64,000 nt of DNA from Gordius albopunctatus (taxonomy: Eukaryota), in NCBI GenBank assembly GCA_964276515.1, contig OZ193909.1, forward strand, positions 14,694,001 through 14,758,000, given 5' to 3'. This document shows, in pieces, positions 28,338-43,094 of this stretch (position 1 is the stretch's first letter; each line of letters opens with the position of its first letter). Under the pieces are notes generated by a model. It did not search any database, had not been told where the DNA came from, and worked only from the letters and a program-made list of their open reading frames with translations. The translations under genes were made by a program, and so were the position numbers.

Positions 28338-31229
28338 CGAAGAGCGAGTGCGGGTGCGCGCACCTGATTAAGTCGGTGCGGGTGCGCAATTGCGCTCCTG
28401 TTTTGCGCACATTAAGAGTTTTACAATTTATTAATTTATTCGAAATTGTATTATATCGCATATTTCACAAATTAAATTTCTACTGATTTACTATATATAT
28501 ATAACATACATCTATGTTCCTGGTGGAGAAGATAACAAAGCGGGAAATTGGTTACTATCGATAGACAATAAAAATAATCTAACCGCGATATTTCAATTTC
28601 ACATTATTCACGTATTTACTTTATCAATCAACGATTAATCTTTACACTTTTGATTTTTGAACCTATATTTGCTATCGTAAGTTTGATCACATATAATGAT
28701 CTAATTACAATTAATTTTCATTAAAATATATTAAATTAGTTAATTAATTTTAATTATTAATTTATATTATTTATTGTGTTGTTATCATAACTCCTTATCC
28801 AATTTTTTACTCTTTTCTTTTCTCACTGCTTATATATAACACTTTAATATGATAGTGAGTTATGGAAATAGAAGAATCAAGCATAAATATAGCAAGCACA
28901 TCATGCATGACAATTTTGCCATTTCCAAAATATGCTAATATGTTTAAACTTAAAGATAATCAGCATAATACACTTAATTTTGAGGTGCAATGTCTTTTAT
29001 GCAATGCCAAACTCAAGACTTCTTCTAGATCTTGTTTCAATTTGACTAGGCATCTAAAGGTAATCTTGTTACTTGTTTTATAAAAAAATTTAGAGATTTC
29101 ATAATAGTACATTACAAAAGCTTAGAAATGACAATAAGAAAAAGAAAGTCTTAGATAAATCTAACCAGAATATTGTAAACTTTACTAAAGAGGTAAGTCG
29201 GGAAGAAGCCTTGGTGAATTATGTCATCAACACAATTCAGCCTCTTTCAATTGTGGATAATCCATCCTTTAGAAAGCTACTAAGTGCTTTCTCAAAATCT
29301 CCTGTTGATGTCATGTGTCGACAGACATTAACATCTAGAATCACTTGTAGGTTCAATAAGTTAATTGCTAAAATCAAAGAAGAAATGCATAGTGCTGAGT
29401 TTATTTGTACAACAGCTGACTGCTGGAGCACTGGTAGAAGGTAATGATTTATAAAAAGTATAATATTTTTATACTCTAATTTATTTAGAGCTTATTTAGG
29501 CTTAACAGCACACTGGATTAATCAAAGCAACTTAGAGAGAAAATCAATTGGATTGTGTCTTAAAAGGATACAAGGAAAGCAAACTTATGATGTGATTGCT
29601 AAGAACATCATTGATGTACATAAGCAATTCAAAATTCACAACAAAGTTGTTCAAACCATTACCGACAATGGATCCAATTTTGTAAAAGCCTTCAGGTAAT
29701 ATTTATTTTTTTCTTAAAAAAATAAAGCATATGTTATAGGGTGTATGAAGAAGAGACAATACAATCTGATGTTCAGGAACAAGATGAAGATTTAGAGAGT
29801 GTGGATATTGATGATATAATAAGTAATTGTCCTGAAGAAGAATCAGAACATTTGCCAAAACATGGGCGCTGTGCTTGTCATTGTCTTAATTTGGTAGCCA
29901 GTGTTGATATCAAGGAAGCATTTTTGAATAACAATTTTAAAAAAATATTTCTTTCAACATTTAACAAATGTCAAAATTTGTGGAATAAGCAAAATATGTC
30001 CACTCGGTTGGCTGATATATATAAAGAGAAAATTGGAATATATTTAATTACCCCAAATAAAACTAGGTGGAATAGTTATTATGAGGCTGTGAATTTATTA
30101 AATAAATTGCTTGATACCAAAAAATCAGATTTCTATGATCTGTTTGATGAAATAGGCTTATCTAGGTTCAAAGAAGAAGAAAGAGTATTTATTCATGAGT
30201 ATTCTTTAGTAAGTTTTACATTTTAAGCAGATATAATAGCTGTTTATAAATTTACATATTAATTTATAGGTTATGGAACCATTAGCTAAATCTTTGCGCA
30301 TTTTGGAAGGAGATAAAACCGTTGAATTAGGATATCTTCTACCAACAATAACAGTACTAATAAAGAAATTAAAAAGGTTGTGTGATTTAGATATATGCCA
30401 ACCATTAGTGAATGCAATTATACAAGGGATTGAAAGAAGGTTTTATATATATAATAAACTTTAAATTATTCTTTGTATTTAAAAAGATTCCCAAATTTAT
30501 ATGACGATAATGTTATTGCAGCAGCAATTCTCAGCCCTTTATTTAAAACAAATTTCAGTTGGTGCTATCAAGATGAAAACAAACCTATATTAAAAAGAAT
30601 TATTCGATTAATTGAAAGTCAAATCACGCCAGACGTGGAGGAAAAAGAAGTCTATGAACGAAAAGACTTTGATGATTTTTTCGAAATAAATAATAAAGAA
30701 CATAAAACAACTTTTCAGGATTTTCTCAAATCCACTGATACAACTTTGGATATATTCCAAAAATTTCCTTCACTCAAGAATTTGTTCATCAAATACAATA
30801 CTCCTATACCTTCAAGTGCTCCTATAGAACGTATGTTCAGCAAAGCCAAGGCAATATTAAGTGAAAGAAGGGGTAACTTGACGGATAATCACCTTGAAAT
30901 GCTTTTACTCATGAATGTGAATAAAATGCTATGTTGATTATTTTATTTTATTGTATATCGATTATTTTTATAATTATAATAAATTCATTAGTTTTTTGCA
31001 TTAGACAAAATAAAGGTTATGCATTGAACATTGCTCTATATTTTGTTTTGTTATAGTGCAATAAAATTTTAGGTGCGGGTGCGAGTGCGCGCACCTTTAA
31101 TACTGGTGCGAGTGCGAGTGCGCGCACCTTTGTTAAAACTGGTGCGAGTGCGAGTGCCCGCACCGGATTTTCCTCAAAGTGCGAGTGCGAGTGCGCGCAC
31201 CGGTTTTTGAGGTGCGTTTAACAACTCTG
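28338..31229 (+). mobile_element. Autonomous-type hAT DNA transposon (left TIR lost in gap)
   Basis: Right end ...GGTGCGTTTAACAACTCTG; subterminal GTGCGAGTGCGCGCACC repeats at both ends; encloses the transposase gene; followed by ccgagaat, which is the uninterrupted site at 13875. Confidence 0.9.
28862..30937 (+). CDS. hAT transposase with BED zinc finger, ~613 aa, apparently intact, 5 short introns
   Basis: Exons 28862-29059, 29094-29440, 29489-29695, 29740-30208, 30270-30439, 30487-30937 (1842 nt, in frame). BED CLLC...HLKRFH; catalytic TADCW, TDNGSN, SAPIERMFS; CACH; TRWNS. Confidence 0.9.
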
Positions 31230-34200
31230 CCGAGAATATGAACCAGGGGTATGTATTCCAATGGGAATGGGGGGTTGAAATTTCGCATGCATAAAGGCAA
31301 AAATCAAAATATCTCTTTAAATACTAAAAATACCTCCCCGTACCCAATTAAGAAAATGTAATTTGGTGTCGTTGGAATCAACTAGTGTCGAATAGTTGCA
31401 GCTTACGGAAATTTCCGAATCTGGTGCAAAATCTAATATGTGCAAAATCTAATAATGTAATATTCGTATTTTAGAAATTGAGACCGGTTTTCACGCATAT
31501 TCATACGCATGTAATATGTACTAAAAAACTACGTAATAAAAGGATACTATAATTTTTAATTGAAACAAAATAAGTTATATCAAAATGTATAATACTATTA
31601 TATAAATAAATACATATTATCAAATAAATCACTAAATCTAACCCTAACCCTTGCCTATATTAGATTTTGCACAGAAGTGAAATTTCCGCTCAATATTGAC
31701 GTCAATGCAGTAATTATGGGGTTAAGCCGTTAGAAATTATAGATTCCAATTATTGAGTAGCGAGATAGATTGACATTTTGTTCTTCTTGTGCCACCCCCC
31801 CCCGCCTAGTTCGAATCCTGGCTACGCCCATGTTTGCCTTAAATCAATATCGTCCAATGCGTAACTAAGGCGAACGAAGTTCTCTAACCATCAGAATATA
31901 TAATAATCTAATTAATCATTTGGTATGTTTATGTTTAGTTGACCACGAAGCTTGGTCGAATTAAAAAAAAATGACCAGATTCGAGCGTTAGTCTTAGTTT
32001 ACCCAGCCATTTTTACAACACCACACACTTGTAGGAAGAAGAATCAACGTATACGGAGGAAATTAAGAAAAGCAAAATATGGGCGAAAAGTAAATTGAAA
32101 AAGCAAAAAATGGGCGAAAAGTAAATTGAAAAAGCAAAAAATGGGCGAAAAGTAAATTAAGCGCGAGCTTTTCGCATAATTTTGTTTGGTTGACCCTCGG
32201 CTCGGTTCAACATAAACTAAGGGCCGCACTGGTCTGCTTTTCAATTTTGGACTAAGCCTAAAGAGGTCGGTCAAAAAAAGAGTCCAAAAAACGGTTGGAC
32301 TTTATATGTATCGTGGAACAAGCATAATTCAGTACGGAGCAATAAAAATGGAACAACAACAAAAATAGTGGAGAATACTTTTCTACCGTAATTCCGTGAA
32401 GGAATCCTTCCCGTTTTATCCAATATAATGAAGCCAGGAAATCTTTGTAAAACGTGAAGGGGGGGGGGCTAAATCGTATAATTAATTGCCCGCCCGAGTA
32501 GGCAGAGCGCCGCTATATTGCTGCTTGCTCATCCTATCCAATTTTTCCAATTTATAGATTGGTTGTTTGTTGTACGCGATGCGAGGGTTTAATCAGGCAT
32601 ATGGTGGTGCGCGGCGCGGTGGTGAGAATGCAATATCAAGCAAGAGTACGTATTATTAAATTTTCTAAATAACCAACGATCTAATCGGCGCCCTGGCACG
32701 CCCTGATTAAATAGTACTTAAAAATAAGCATCAACTTACTTTTTCCCCCTTTCCTCTAGAGGTAGGGTAAAAATTGGTGAATTGGCCAATCGGTAAAACA
32801 ATATATGATAGAGCTGAGATCTATTTATGTGCACTCAATGTGGTGAGATTCCAAAATGTGTTTCCTAATTTATAGAATAAATAAGTGGACGGTTGCCAAA
32901 AAATTGGTTGCTCCGGAAAGATGGGAGTTGGATCGGATAATTCGTTGGCGACCATTTTCCCATTTTAATCATTTTTTAATTAATTACGTTGCGTCGCCAA
33001 AGTGGCTTTAGATAGCAAACGCGTGCGGAAGGGGTCTGGGCAACCAGGCTATATACCGACCGACTATTAACTTAATATTAAAATCGCACCCATTTCTGAC
33101 GGGTAGAGTTGTGAGGTGGTTATAATTTTTGTGCGACACAATGATATAATAAAATCACAACGACCCCATGTTCCCTCCCTCCTAGTTTTTGAAAGGTTTT
33201 GGGTCAACAACTCACGGCTTTTACAAACGGCTGCATTTTGGTTTTAGTTGACAAAACATAAAGAGTACAAAGTTTCCAAGTCCGTTTTCCTGAGTCGCAC
33301 ATAAATAGGCACGCACATTCCAATAGCTGTTTGTTGTCACACTAAGGTGGCCAGCTTCTTTAGGTATTTGGATGAGGGGTCATGCTCGGCTATCCAGCCC
33401 TGACAGCCGTGGCGACCATGTGATTTTTAATATCTTTTGAAATAATTGGCAGAGGCGGGGGGGGGGGATCGAACCTGCTAGCTCTTGCTTCAAAGACTAA
33501 AGCCTTTACCCACTACGCCCCTCAAATAGACACGCACACATCTCGGTAAAATCTTTAGTCTCTTCAGTTTTAGGCGCTTAAATAAAACCCAGCCTTTTTC
33601 ACAACACGACTAGTCCACCCTTGTTACTCCACAAAGTTAAGGCATAAAAGGGGCCCATCTGCCAAGCCTACGCTCTAAATCACGGATCAAATGTTTGGTT
33701 GTTATTTAGATGGATAAATGGATATATAGGCATTCGAATGCACGCCCTAGACTGACACGAACACTACTAACTAATGACTTCGTGGATTAATCAAAACAAA
33801 AATTCTTTTGGCTTCGAGTCCTCCTGGCCTGGCTGTGGCTGATAATAATAATTTCTCGGAAATTCGTGTTCAGATAATTCTGACTCTTCGGGATGCCAGA
33901 TGAATTTTTTATGCGTGGCACGGTGCCATGTGAAGAGATAAACATGGTCGTCGTCGTCGTTACTTAAATTAAGTTATCCTACCCTGATAAGTAGCCAAAT
34001 TTTGGGGAAGATTAAGGAAAATGAAATCAAGATACCAAAAATTTGAGAACGCGAAAATTGAATAGTAAGATAATTTCATTTCGGTGTTGTTTTAGATAAA
34101 GGTTGAATTTAAATTGATAAAAATAGTAGTATTTTAATAAACGTATCAAGCAATTTCTAACAAAAGTAGCTATGTGTATGCATTTAATACTACTAGGCAT

Positions 34201-37200
34201 AATTTAAGGAACAACGGAGGCATATCAAATTTAGTAGATATAATATCTGAAAATTAATTAATTTTATCATAATTAGCTTTAAAGGTCGAATCGCGCTGTC
34301 AAGCAACAAACAAATATTATGACACTGGCTGGGGGTGTGTCCTTAGGTTATTATTGTCGTTTCCCCTAGCTGCTAGCACATGCGTGCCTGCCTTTCCTCG
34401 GCGCAACCTAGATTTGGTCTGCCAAAAAAGTTTTTGCGCTCACGACAGAATTGCTAAACAGTAAAGAGCATCATATATAATTGAAATTATGATATTTTTC
34501 AAAAAATTAAAAAGATGCTTATCAATGGGTTAGGATTAGGATTGAAACTAGAGGGGGTGGGGGGTGTAAAAGGATAATGTTCCTTAATTTTCGCCATATT
34601 TATATTAAACTTTGAAGAATTTTGGGATTTAGAGGGGGGGCAGCCGCCCTTCCCTGCCACCCCCTGGCTACGCACATGAGCTTATCCTATCTAATTTTAT
34701 CATTCATATACTTCAAAGTCACTTTAAATTTTTTGTGGCGCTCAGAAATGGACCATATAAACTATATAAATTCTCAATGTTTTCAAAGCTGGAAAAACAC
34801 CAAGAACACTTTAATTAAGTTTTATCGATAAAAAATAGGTGATATAGTTGCAATTTTAAAGACCAGAAGGGAAATTTAAGATTATCATTATGCTGGGAAA
34901 CAAAATTAGGGTACATGAAAAAGTGCAAAAGTTTTGGAGAGAGACCGTATGGTAATAATATTTAGCGTGCATTTGTGACAGTGTAAAACCTGAGCGACCG
35001 CCTCGAGCAATTTTGGTAGACGATCGCGCATCATTTTGTGGGCCGGAAAAAACACGTTAAATTACATTGTATACCAACTAAGTACGCCATGCATCGTATT
35101 TAGGGAATTAAATTATGCAAAAAACTCGTCTGCGATATTAATGAGCATGCTAAAATTGCTAGAAATTTATATTAAAAAAAACCTATCATTTTGGAATGGG
35201 ATTGTCATTGCATACAAAATTGCGTTATTGGCAAATGTATGGGATAATATGGAGTAGAAATTAGTTTTTGTATACAAATCAATATATTATTGGACATGTA
35301 TAAACATTATTTGGTATTAAACCTTATAGTTATACGCCTAGGGCTAAAATACAAGTTAAAAATGAACCTTAGCTTACAACTTATAAATCAACATGTTGTC
35401 AAAATTTTGACAATAAATGCTAGAAAGCGACCTTTTATCATTTATTACACAACTCACCAAGGGGTGTCCCCCTATTTTTTACACTCTTTCTCACCACCCC
35501 TGGTAAAAAGAGGGTTAAAAATAGAGGGGGGGGGGGCAAACCAACGGGACAAATAACGGGAGGGGGGCAAAGTTCTTTATAATATATTTTAATTTTTTTA
35601 TCACAATTTTTGGATTAATATATGATTGAAAAATATTGATTAGCATTATATGCCAATTGCCTGCTCAGCTATTAAGCTATAATAAAATCTGCTGAAAATC
35701 ATGTTTAGTTTCAAACAAGCATGCTAGATACCACGGTTTATATCAAGCAACTCTGCTCAATGCCCAGCTAGTTTATATCTTACTCAACCGGCAGCCATCA
35801 GCAGCTTTAATTTGCTAGTGCTAGTAACCGGGTTATTAAGCAGCATCTGCTCGTTATGCTGGATGGGAATGGTAGGAGATAAGTGCCTATTACCAGGGTT
35901 GAGCATGTAGCATATAAGCATTTTAACATCTCTAATGGGGAGTTAAAATGTGCTGATTAAAATTGATTTTATCCATTAAATATTTTATATAACAAAATAT
36001 GCAAAAAATTTCAATTGATTTAAATTATTTTGTGCTATAGATTTATAACAAATTAACCTATCTTTAATAAATTTACAAAATATCTGTCAAAAGTAAACAT
36101 TAATATATAGATAACTCATATTTTACATTTAAACAAGTTTTTTAACATAATAAAAATATTAAAAAAACAATATTATTTAAATATTTTATATCATATAGAT
36201 TGGTTTTATTCAGAGTTTAATTTATATATTAATTTAATAATTGATTTTGATAATCTTGCAAATAACAAAATTTGTGCATGAACTTACTTTGATATTTTGA
36301 TAAACAGATGATTGTACTATTGTTTGCTAAATCCACTAGGTAAATTTTGCATCTTTTAAATGCTACAATACAATATTCCTTTTTTTATAGGCTGATATAA
36401 ATCAAATTATACATTATTAAGCGTAGAACATATATTGATGTTATAAAATAATCTTATAAAATCGAAATTAACTGATATAATTAATTAAATATAATTAATT
36501 TTATGAAACCATAGCTAGAATTACCTGCAAAATAATGCGTCTTTTTGATTAAGCCATAAAAACTGTGTGTGATAATGTTTTTTATTGGACCTCAATAATG
36601 CAACAAACATTTTGTTTTAAGTTTTATAAGCTATCTATTAAACAATATATCCAAGTTTATTTAGAATGCCATATATCCGAAAACTTTATTAGCATCTTAA
36701 ACATCTAAAAAGCCTTACACCTTCCAGTAGGAAAGACAATTCAGCATTGTATAATGGTTCCATCAAACTCATAATAAGGAAAACCTACCATTAATCTAAT
36801 GAATCAAGCTTACATATCAGACATAAAAAGATACACTGTTTAAATCTAATTTATGGCATTAATATTAGTGTATTTGATGAATAGCGGCTAACAAAACAAC
36901 AAAGAATATTCTTAAGTTAATATGTCGATTGAATTATTTACATCTTAGGCAATTAAGTTTGATCAATGGAAATAAAATGAGCGTTGAACGGGAATAAGGT
37001 AATTAGCTCCTATTAAAGATAGGTATCAAAGCCTTTTACTGGCGACTCTTTAGCAACAAATTTGCGGCTTTTTATAGGTCGATACTGTAACATTTAGGTG
37101 ACTTTAATATTAACTTAGACCAAAACATTGAATTACATCTCTTTTCTCGAGTAGTCTAACAAAAAATAGCGTTGTTCCATGGAATAGCGAAAAAGTTCCA

Positions 37201-40200
37201 GAAGAATCCATAAGTAATGAAGAGTTTCTATATAAGCCATACATGAACTCACTACTTAACACTATTACCCTACTCTTCATACACTACTGGTGTTTTATAT
37301 AATCATATCGTGTTTCGAGTTACAGTCCTCGTTTTTAATCGCAACTGTAACATTTATCCCTTTTATCCTTTTGATTTTTAATACACTCAATAAATTTTGA
37401 GAGGAGATCCTCTAAAATACCATGCTCATACTGTTTACGTATAAATTTCCAATATATAATTTGTTTAAAAATTTATATTCATCCTTTTTTTATTTTGTAA
37501 ATTAAATTTTAAGAAATACAATATTTCATTAGGAACTGACTAAACAGCTTATTTAGAGCACACTGACTCATCTGGTTATAGCTTATTAAATATTATATTA
37601 CAAGGCAAAACACTGAGAAAGGTAATTATTTATCTAAAACTATAAATAAATAAAAACTAATATTATTAAAAATACCACATTTTATTTAAAATAATATTAT
37701 TAGTCTTATACAAGATATTAAATTCAAATCACGATATATATGAGCTAATGTTCAGAGGCGCTGCCAGCCTTCCTCCGGGTTGGGGCCGAACTCAAGTTTA
37801 CACCGATGGTGAGGGGTCAATGGCGATTATAAAAAAATTTTCCTTAGCAATTTTTCAAACTTAATAATCGGCTATTCCTTTGTGTAATTTTATTTTCAAA
37901 ATCCACCTGGGAAAGAGGGGGGGGGAGGGGGTAAGGGAGGACAAAGAGGGTAATAAGGGCCAATGGTGAAACTCGAAGCAGGGGGTCAGAAATATATACA
38001 TTTTTGACCTAAAAGTTAGCCATCCACATCTTCAAAATGGACAAATTTACAAAAAAAGTCACAAAAGAAAAGAACAAAATGGGTGATCTTTAGCCAAGGA
38101 ACGGCTATCATTTATTTTCAGGCAAAAAAATTATTTTTGGGGAAAAGATTTATATTTGAAGCTATACCCTTTTAAGTTGAAATCAATATTATGTTCTCAA
38201 ATTTTAGATATTCCAACTTTCGTTTACCTTCGACATATAAATGAGCATGCCAAATTAGAGAGATGCAACGGACCTCTTAAGGTCAATCAGCCCACCCGTT
38301 ACAAATATCTTAAGCCGAGTCCGGACTCATCAAACAAATTATAGACACGGCCCGCTAATTTTTTACAAAGCTCGAGCCCGGGACCGGATACATAAACTTT
38401 TATTTTGCATCTTTTACTATTCGATTGTATTTTTTTTACTAAATTCATCATGTAAAAAATAATATTCATCTAAATATAAAATTTGCATATATAGATTTTA
38501 AAGGTATGATTGGAGGGGACAACGTCCATAAATAGTTTCTAATTAACACTTATCAATTTAAAATGCGCGTTGAGATATTGATGAATGAATGAATAACGAG
38601 AAAAATTTTCTTAAATTGATATGAAGTATCATAAAACATATCTAGTTTGTACTTTAGTATACCCAAAAATTATATATGATCACGGGCGCAGCTGGGGGAG
38701 GGCAGCTCTATCTGCCCTCCTCTAAACCCCCTCCCCTCTAATTCCAACGCGGGCTACGCTCATTTTTATTATCTTGTAACGTGCTCAGCGGGACTTAATT
38801 TTATCTATGCATGGCCCAAGCCCGCTAAAATATTTTAAGGCCCGACCCCCATAGTCGTTGTTTTTTAAAAGCAAAGGCTTTCTCGTAATTTCACATAGAG
38901 ACCTGCACGGCCTTTAAGTGAAATTACCCTTAATAAAATATATTTTATTTATATTGCTAAAATGCAACAACGGAACTAAGATTATCTTAAGGCTACTACA
39001 TAAATTTATGGGGCCTATAGTGAGTTTGTACAAATTTATAAAGACCAAAATGGAACGGGTATAGACCGACAAGAGAAAATCGGTATAACTATCTATAAAT
39101 AAAATTCATTAGGCATAGCGGAATGTTTTCCCAATATCTACGATTCTTAATTTTTTAATTTATTTATCTCACCTTCACAAAATATATGTTTTTTTATATA
39201 AAATTAATGAATGATTCCATTATCGTTCATTTTACCATGGGATAAGCGGATAATATACCATACATATTAGGTTTAAGTTTAAGGTTTTGTTTCTTGCTTT
39301 TAACAATTTATTAAATCTGAATTTTCCGCCTTTTGCATTGCTTGTTAATAAATAAAAAGCGGAAATATAATATAAATAAGTCACTTAGCTCAATTAAATA
39401 TTTTCTTATTTAAAAAGTAATAAAAATAATTAATTTTAATTAAATTACGAATTAAATAATTGCTTGGAGAGGCCAAAGAGGCCAGAAATTTTCCCTTTGG
39501 GGGGGGGGGAAGATTATAATAAGAAAATACCACTAATAAGTACTCAATTTAAATGATAATTTTATCATGCGATTTCATCATTTTATTCTTGCATGCTTCA
39601 TTTGTAAGCATCAAAATTCAACTAAAAATTAATATTCCTCATGGTTTAGTAAATTTATTTTATAAGGTTTACCTTTTAATGATCATGACGTAGCTAACTT
39701 TATAAAAGCAAATACAACTGGCACCGCCAAAACCGGGCTGCAGGCGCTTTTTGTTATAAATTGCGGGCCGCGCTTGGACGAACGCTATGGTAATAAAACG
39801 AGCACGGGACGGGCCTAGCTATTTGTAGAGGCAAAATTTTTTATTTTAATATATAAAAATGTTGTTTTTTATGATGGTAATCAAATTTTATTAATAAAAC
39901 TTTACAGTATAATTAAATCTATATTAATATTTGTTCGTTAATTATTCAAATCTTATGATTTTTAAATAATAGGATTCCGAGATTTTTTATAATTTAGTAA
40001 GGGGATCGCGAAAAATTAACTAAAATAGGTATAATTAATTATGTAAAATTAACCTTGCATAAAGTTTTAATTCTCATAAATGGTTTAATGCAGCTTCAAG
40101 CAGTGGCGTAGCACCAAGAGCAAAACCAGGCTCCATGGCCCCTCCAAGGGAAAAATCTTGGGCCCCCGGGCCCCTTCCGCCCTTATTTTTTTTTAATCTT

Positions 40201-43094
40201 AATTAAGAAACAATATTAATATTATTATTATTGTTTCTGGATTAACACTACCTACGACGGTCCCAAGTCCGTGTGCAAAAAGTGGAGGGTTGGCGTCAGG
40301 TCGGAAACCGGCTATAAAAATCAACTCCAAAATTTATGATAGTTTCAAACGAGATTTTACAAGAAAAGGCTAGGGCGTCCTCCACAAACGACGCGCACTG
40401 CATACCCCGCCCGTGCAATGTGAAAAATACACTAGGGTTACTGCCTAACTCACAACGAAGGCGGTTAAGGAAACTAGTTGTGGAAAGAATGCGAATTACG
40501 TGCTGGAATGTGGGAACGTTGACGGGGAAGAGCATCGAGGTCGCACAGATGTTAAAAAAAAGAAAGGTACACATCGCCTGCCTACATGAGACGAGGTGGA
40601 ACGGAACGAAAGCTCGGGAATTAGGAGAAGGATACAAGCTTTTCTACAGTGGGTCACCAAATCGTAGAAACGGGGTCGGTATCGTTCTAAGCGAATCGTT
40701 CAAGGACAAGGTGGTGGAAGTCAAACGTTGTTCCGACAGGCTAATGTGGGTGAAGATTGCGGATCAAGGGGGCCTCCTAACCGTTATGTGCGCGTATGCT
40801 CCCCAAATTGGGTGTTCGGAATCAGAGAAGGACTTATTCTTCGATTCATTGGAAAAGGAAATACGAGGAATCCGATAGGAGGAAAGGCTAATTATTAGGG
40901 CCGATTTCAACGTTCACGTAGGAAAAGATTGCCTCGGGTATGAACGCAATCATGGAGGCTATGGACATGGTCTGAAGAACAAAGAAGGGGAAAAACTTTT
41001 CCAAGTATACCAAGCATATGACATGGCGATCGTTAACACCTATTTTCAAAAGCGCGAAGATCATATTGTGACCTATAGAAGTGGGAAGCATTTTTGTCAA
41101 ATCGACTATTTGCTTATACGGCGAAAGGACTTATGGAGTATCAAGAATTGCAAAGTAATACCGGGAGAAGAAATTGCCAGGCAACATCGTCCTCTTGTTA
41201 TGGATCTTGACAGAAGAGTATTTCCCGAAAGAAGAAAGGTCTATGAACCTCGAATTCGATACGAAAGGTTAAAGGATACGTCGACGAACAAAGAATACCA
41301 TCAAAAAGCCTGCTCACTCTTGGGTGCAAGGAAATTGCAAAGGGACGTAGACGACGATTGGGAGACGCTATCTAAGGACATTAAGGAAACAGCGAATCGT
41401 GTTCTAGGACAGACAAAAGGAGGCAAAGCTATGAATAGGGACCTATGGTGGTGGGATCAATCGGTTAAAGATTTCATCGAAAGAAAAAAAAATCTATATA
41501 GACGGTGGCATAAATCAAAAAAGTCGGAGGATTATCAAGAGTACAGGTACGCAAAGAGGGCCGCAAAAAAGGCCGTTGCAAAAGAGAAGAATGCCGCGTA
41601 CACCGAGATGGCAAACAAACTGGATCATAAAGGGGGCAATAGGCTTATGTACTAATTGGCCAAGATAAGGGGTTAGAAAAGTCGCGATGTCGGAGTTCTT
41701 AAAATAGTCAAAAGCGAGAAGGGTCAAACCTTATTTAAGCCGAAAGAAGTGATGGAAAGGTGGAAAGGATATTTTAAGAAACTTATGAATATTGCAAATG
41801 ACAAGAATTTCCTTCCCGAAATTGAGCCAAATATAAGTATGGTCAAACTCTTTCAGGAGGATGAAGTTAGGACACAAATGAACAAGTTGCAAAAAGGAAA
41901 AGCAAATGGCCCAGATGGAATACCTATGGAAGCATTGCTCGGATGTCGTGAAGAAGGAGTCACCACTATGACGAACCTCGTTAAAAAGATATTGGTAGAA
42001 GAGCGAATCCCTAATCAATAGAGAGCAAGCACGATTATACCCTTATTTAAAGGCAAAGGAGACCCTCAGGACTGCGGCAATCACAGAGGTATCAAGCTAA
42101 CCTGCCACTCCTTGAAGCTTATGGAAAGGATCTTAGTAACAAGGCTGAAAACGAGGGGGAAAAATCGGCTAATCAATTCGGATTCGTGGCCGGCAAATCC
42201 ACAATCGACCCAATCTTCGCACTAAGACAAATGATGAATAAGTATGGTGAAAAGAGGAAAGACCTAAATATGGTTTTTATCGACTTGGAGAAAGCTTATG
42301 ACACGGTCCCCCGCGATTTAATATGGTGGTGCCTGAGGAAACAAAATATCCCTCACGCATATATTCGACTTAAGAAATCTATTTATAAAGCCTTTAATTC
42401 TTGCGTTAGGACGACAGTTGGAGACTTTAACCCTTTCGGATTATAATTGGATTACATCAAGGATCTGTTCTAATTCCTTTTTTTATTTAATATAATTATG
42501 GACACAATAACGAGAGACATTCAAAAATCATCGCCATGGTGTATGCTATATGCTACTGTGCAAAGAGACAAAAGAGAAAGTATTCGAAGAAACCAAAAAG
42601 TGGTCAAAGCGCTTAGCTGAATATGGTTTAAAGGTCAACGATCGAAAAACGGTATACATGGAGATGAACGTTACAGGCGCCCCATCGCTGGATGACCACC
42701 TAAAGTACCCAAAAGTAGACAGGTTTACTTACCTCGGCTCAATGCTACATCAAGAGGGAGGTTGCGCAACGGAAGTCAATGCCCGGATCCAAAAAGGATG
42801 GCTTTGTAATGTGCGACAAGAAAATGCCAATATGGTTGAAGAGCAAAGCTTACAAATCCATCGTAAGACCGGTGTTACTCTATGGAAGTGAAACATGGGC
42901 ATTAAACACCACGGAATTAAAGTTATTACTAGTGGTGGGAAAACGCTTAGCACTAGCGCGCTTAGCACCTCCCCGCTGATGGGAATAGCCTATTAAATAC
43001 GCTATGTCTACTAGCACATAGTCACTTTAAGTGCTATAAGCTATAGGAGATGGGAGGTTTGAGGTGCTAGAGCTATAGGAGATGGGAGGTTTGA
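31230..43094 (+). repeat. Copy 2 of the large duplication (probable haplotype B)
   Basis: Colinear with 13875-28137 apart from SNPs, small indels and absence of the 16428-18798 insertion. Confidence 0.9.
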
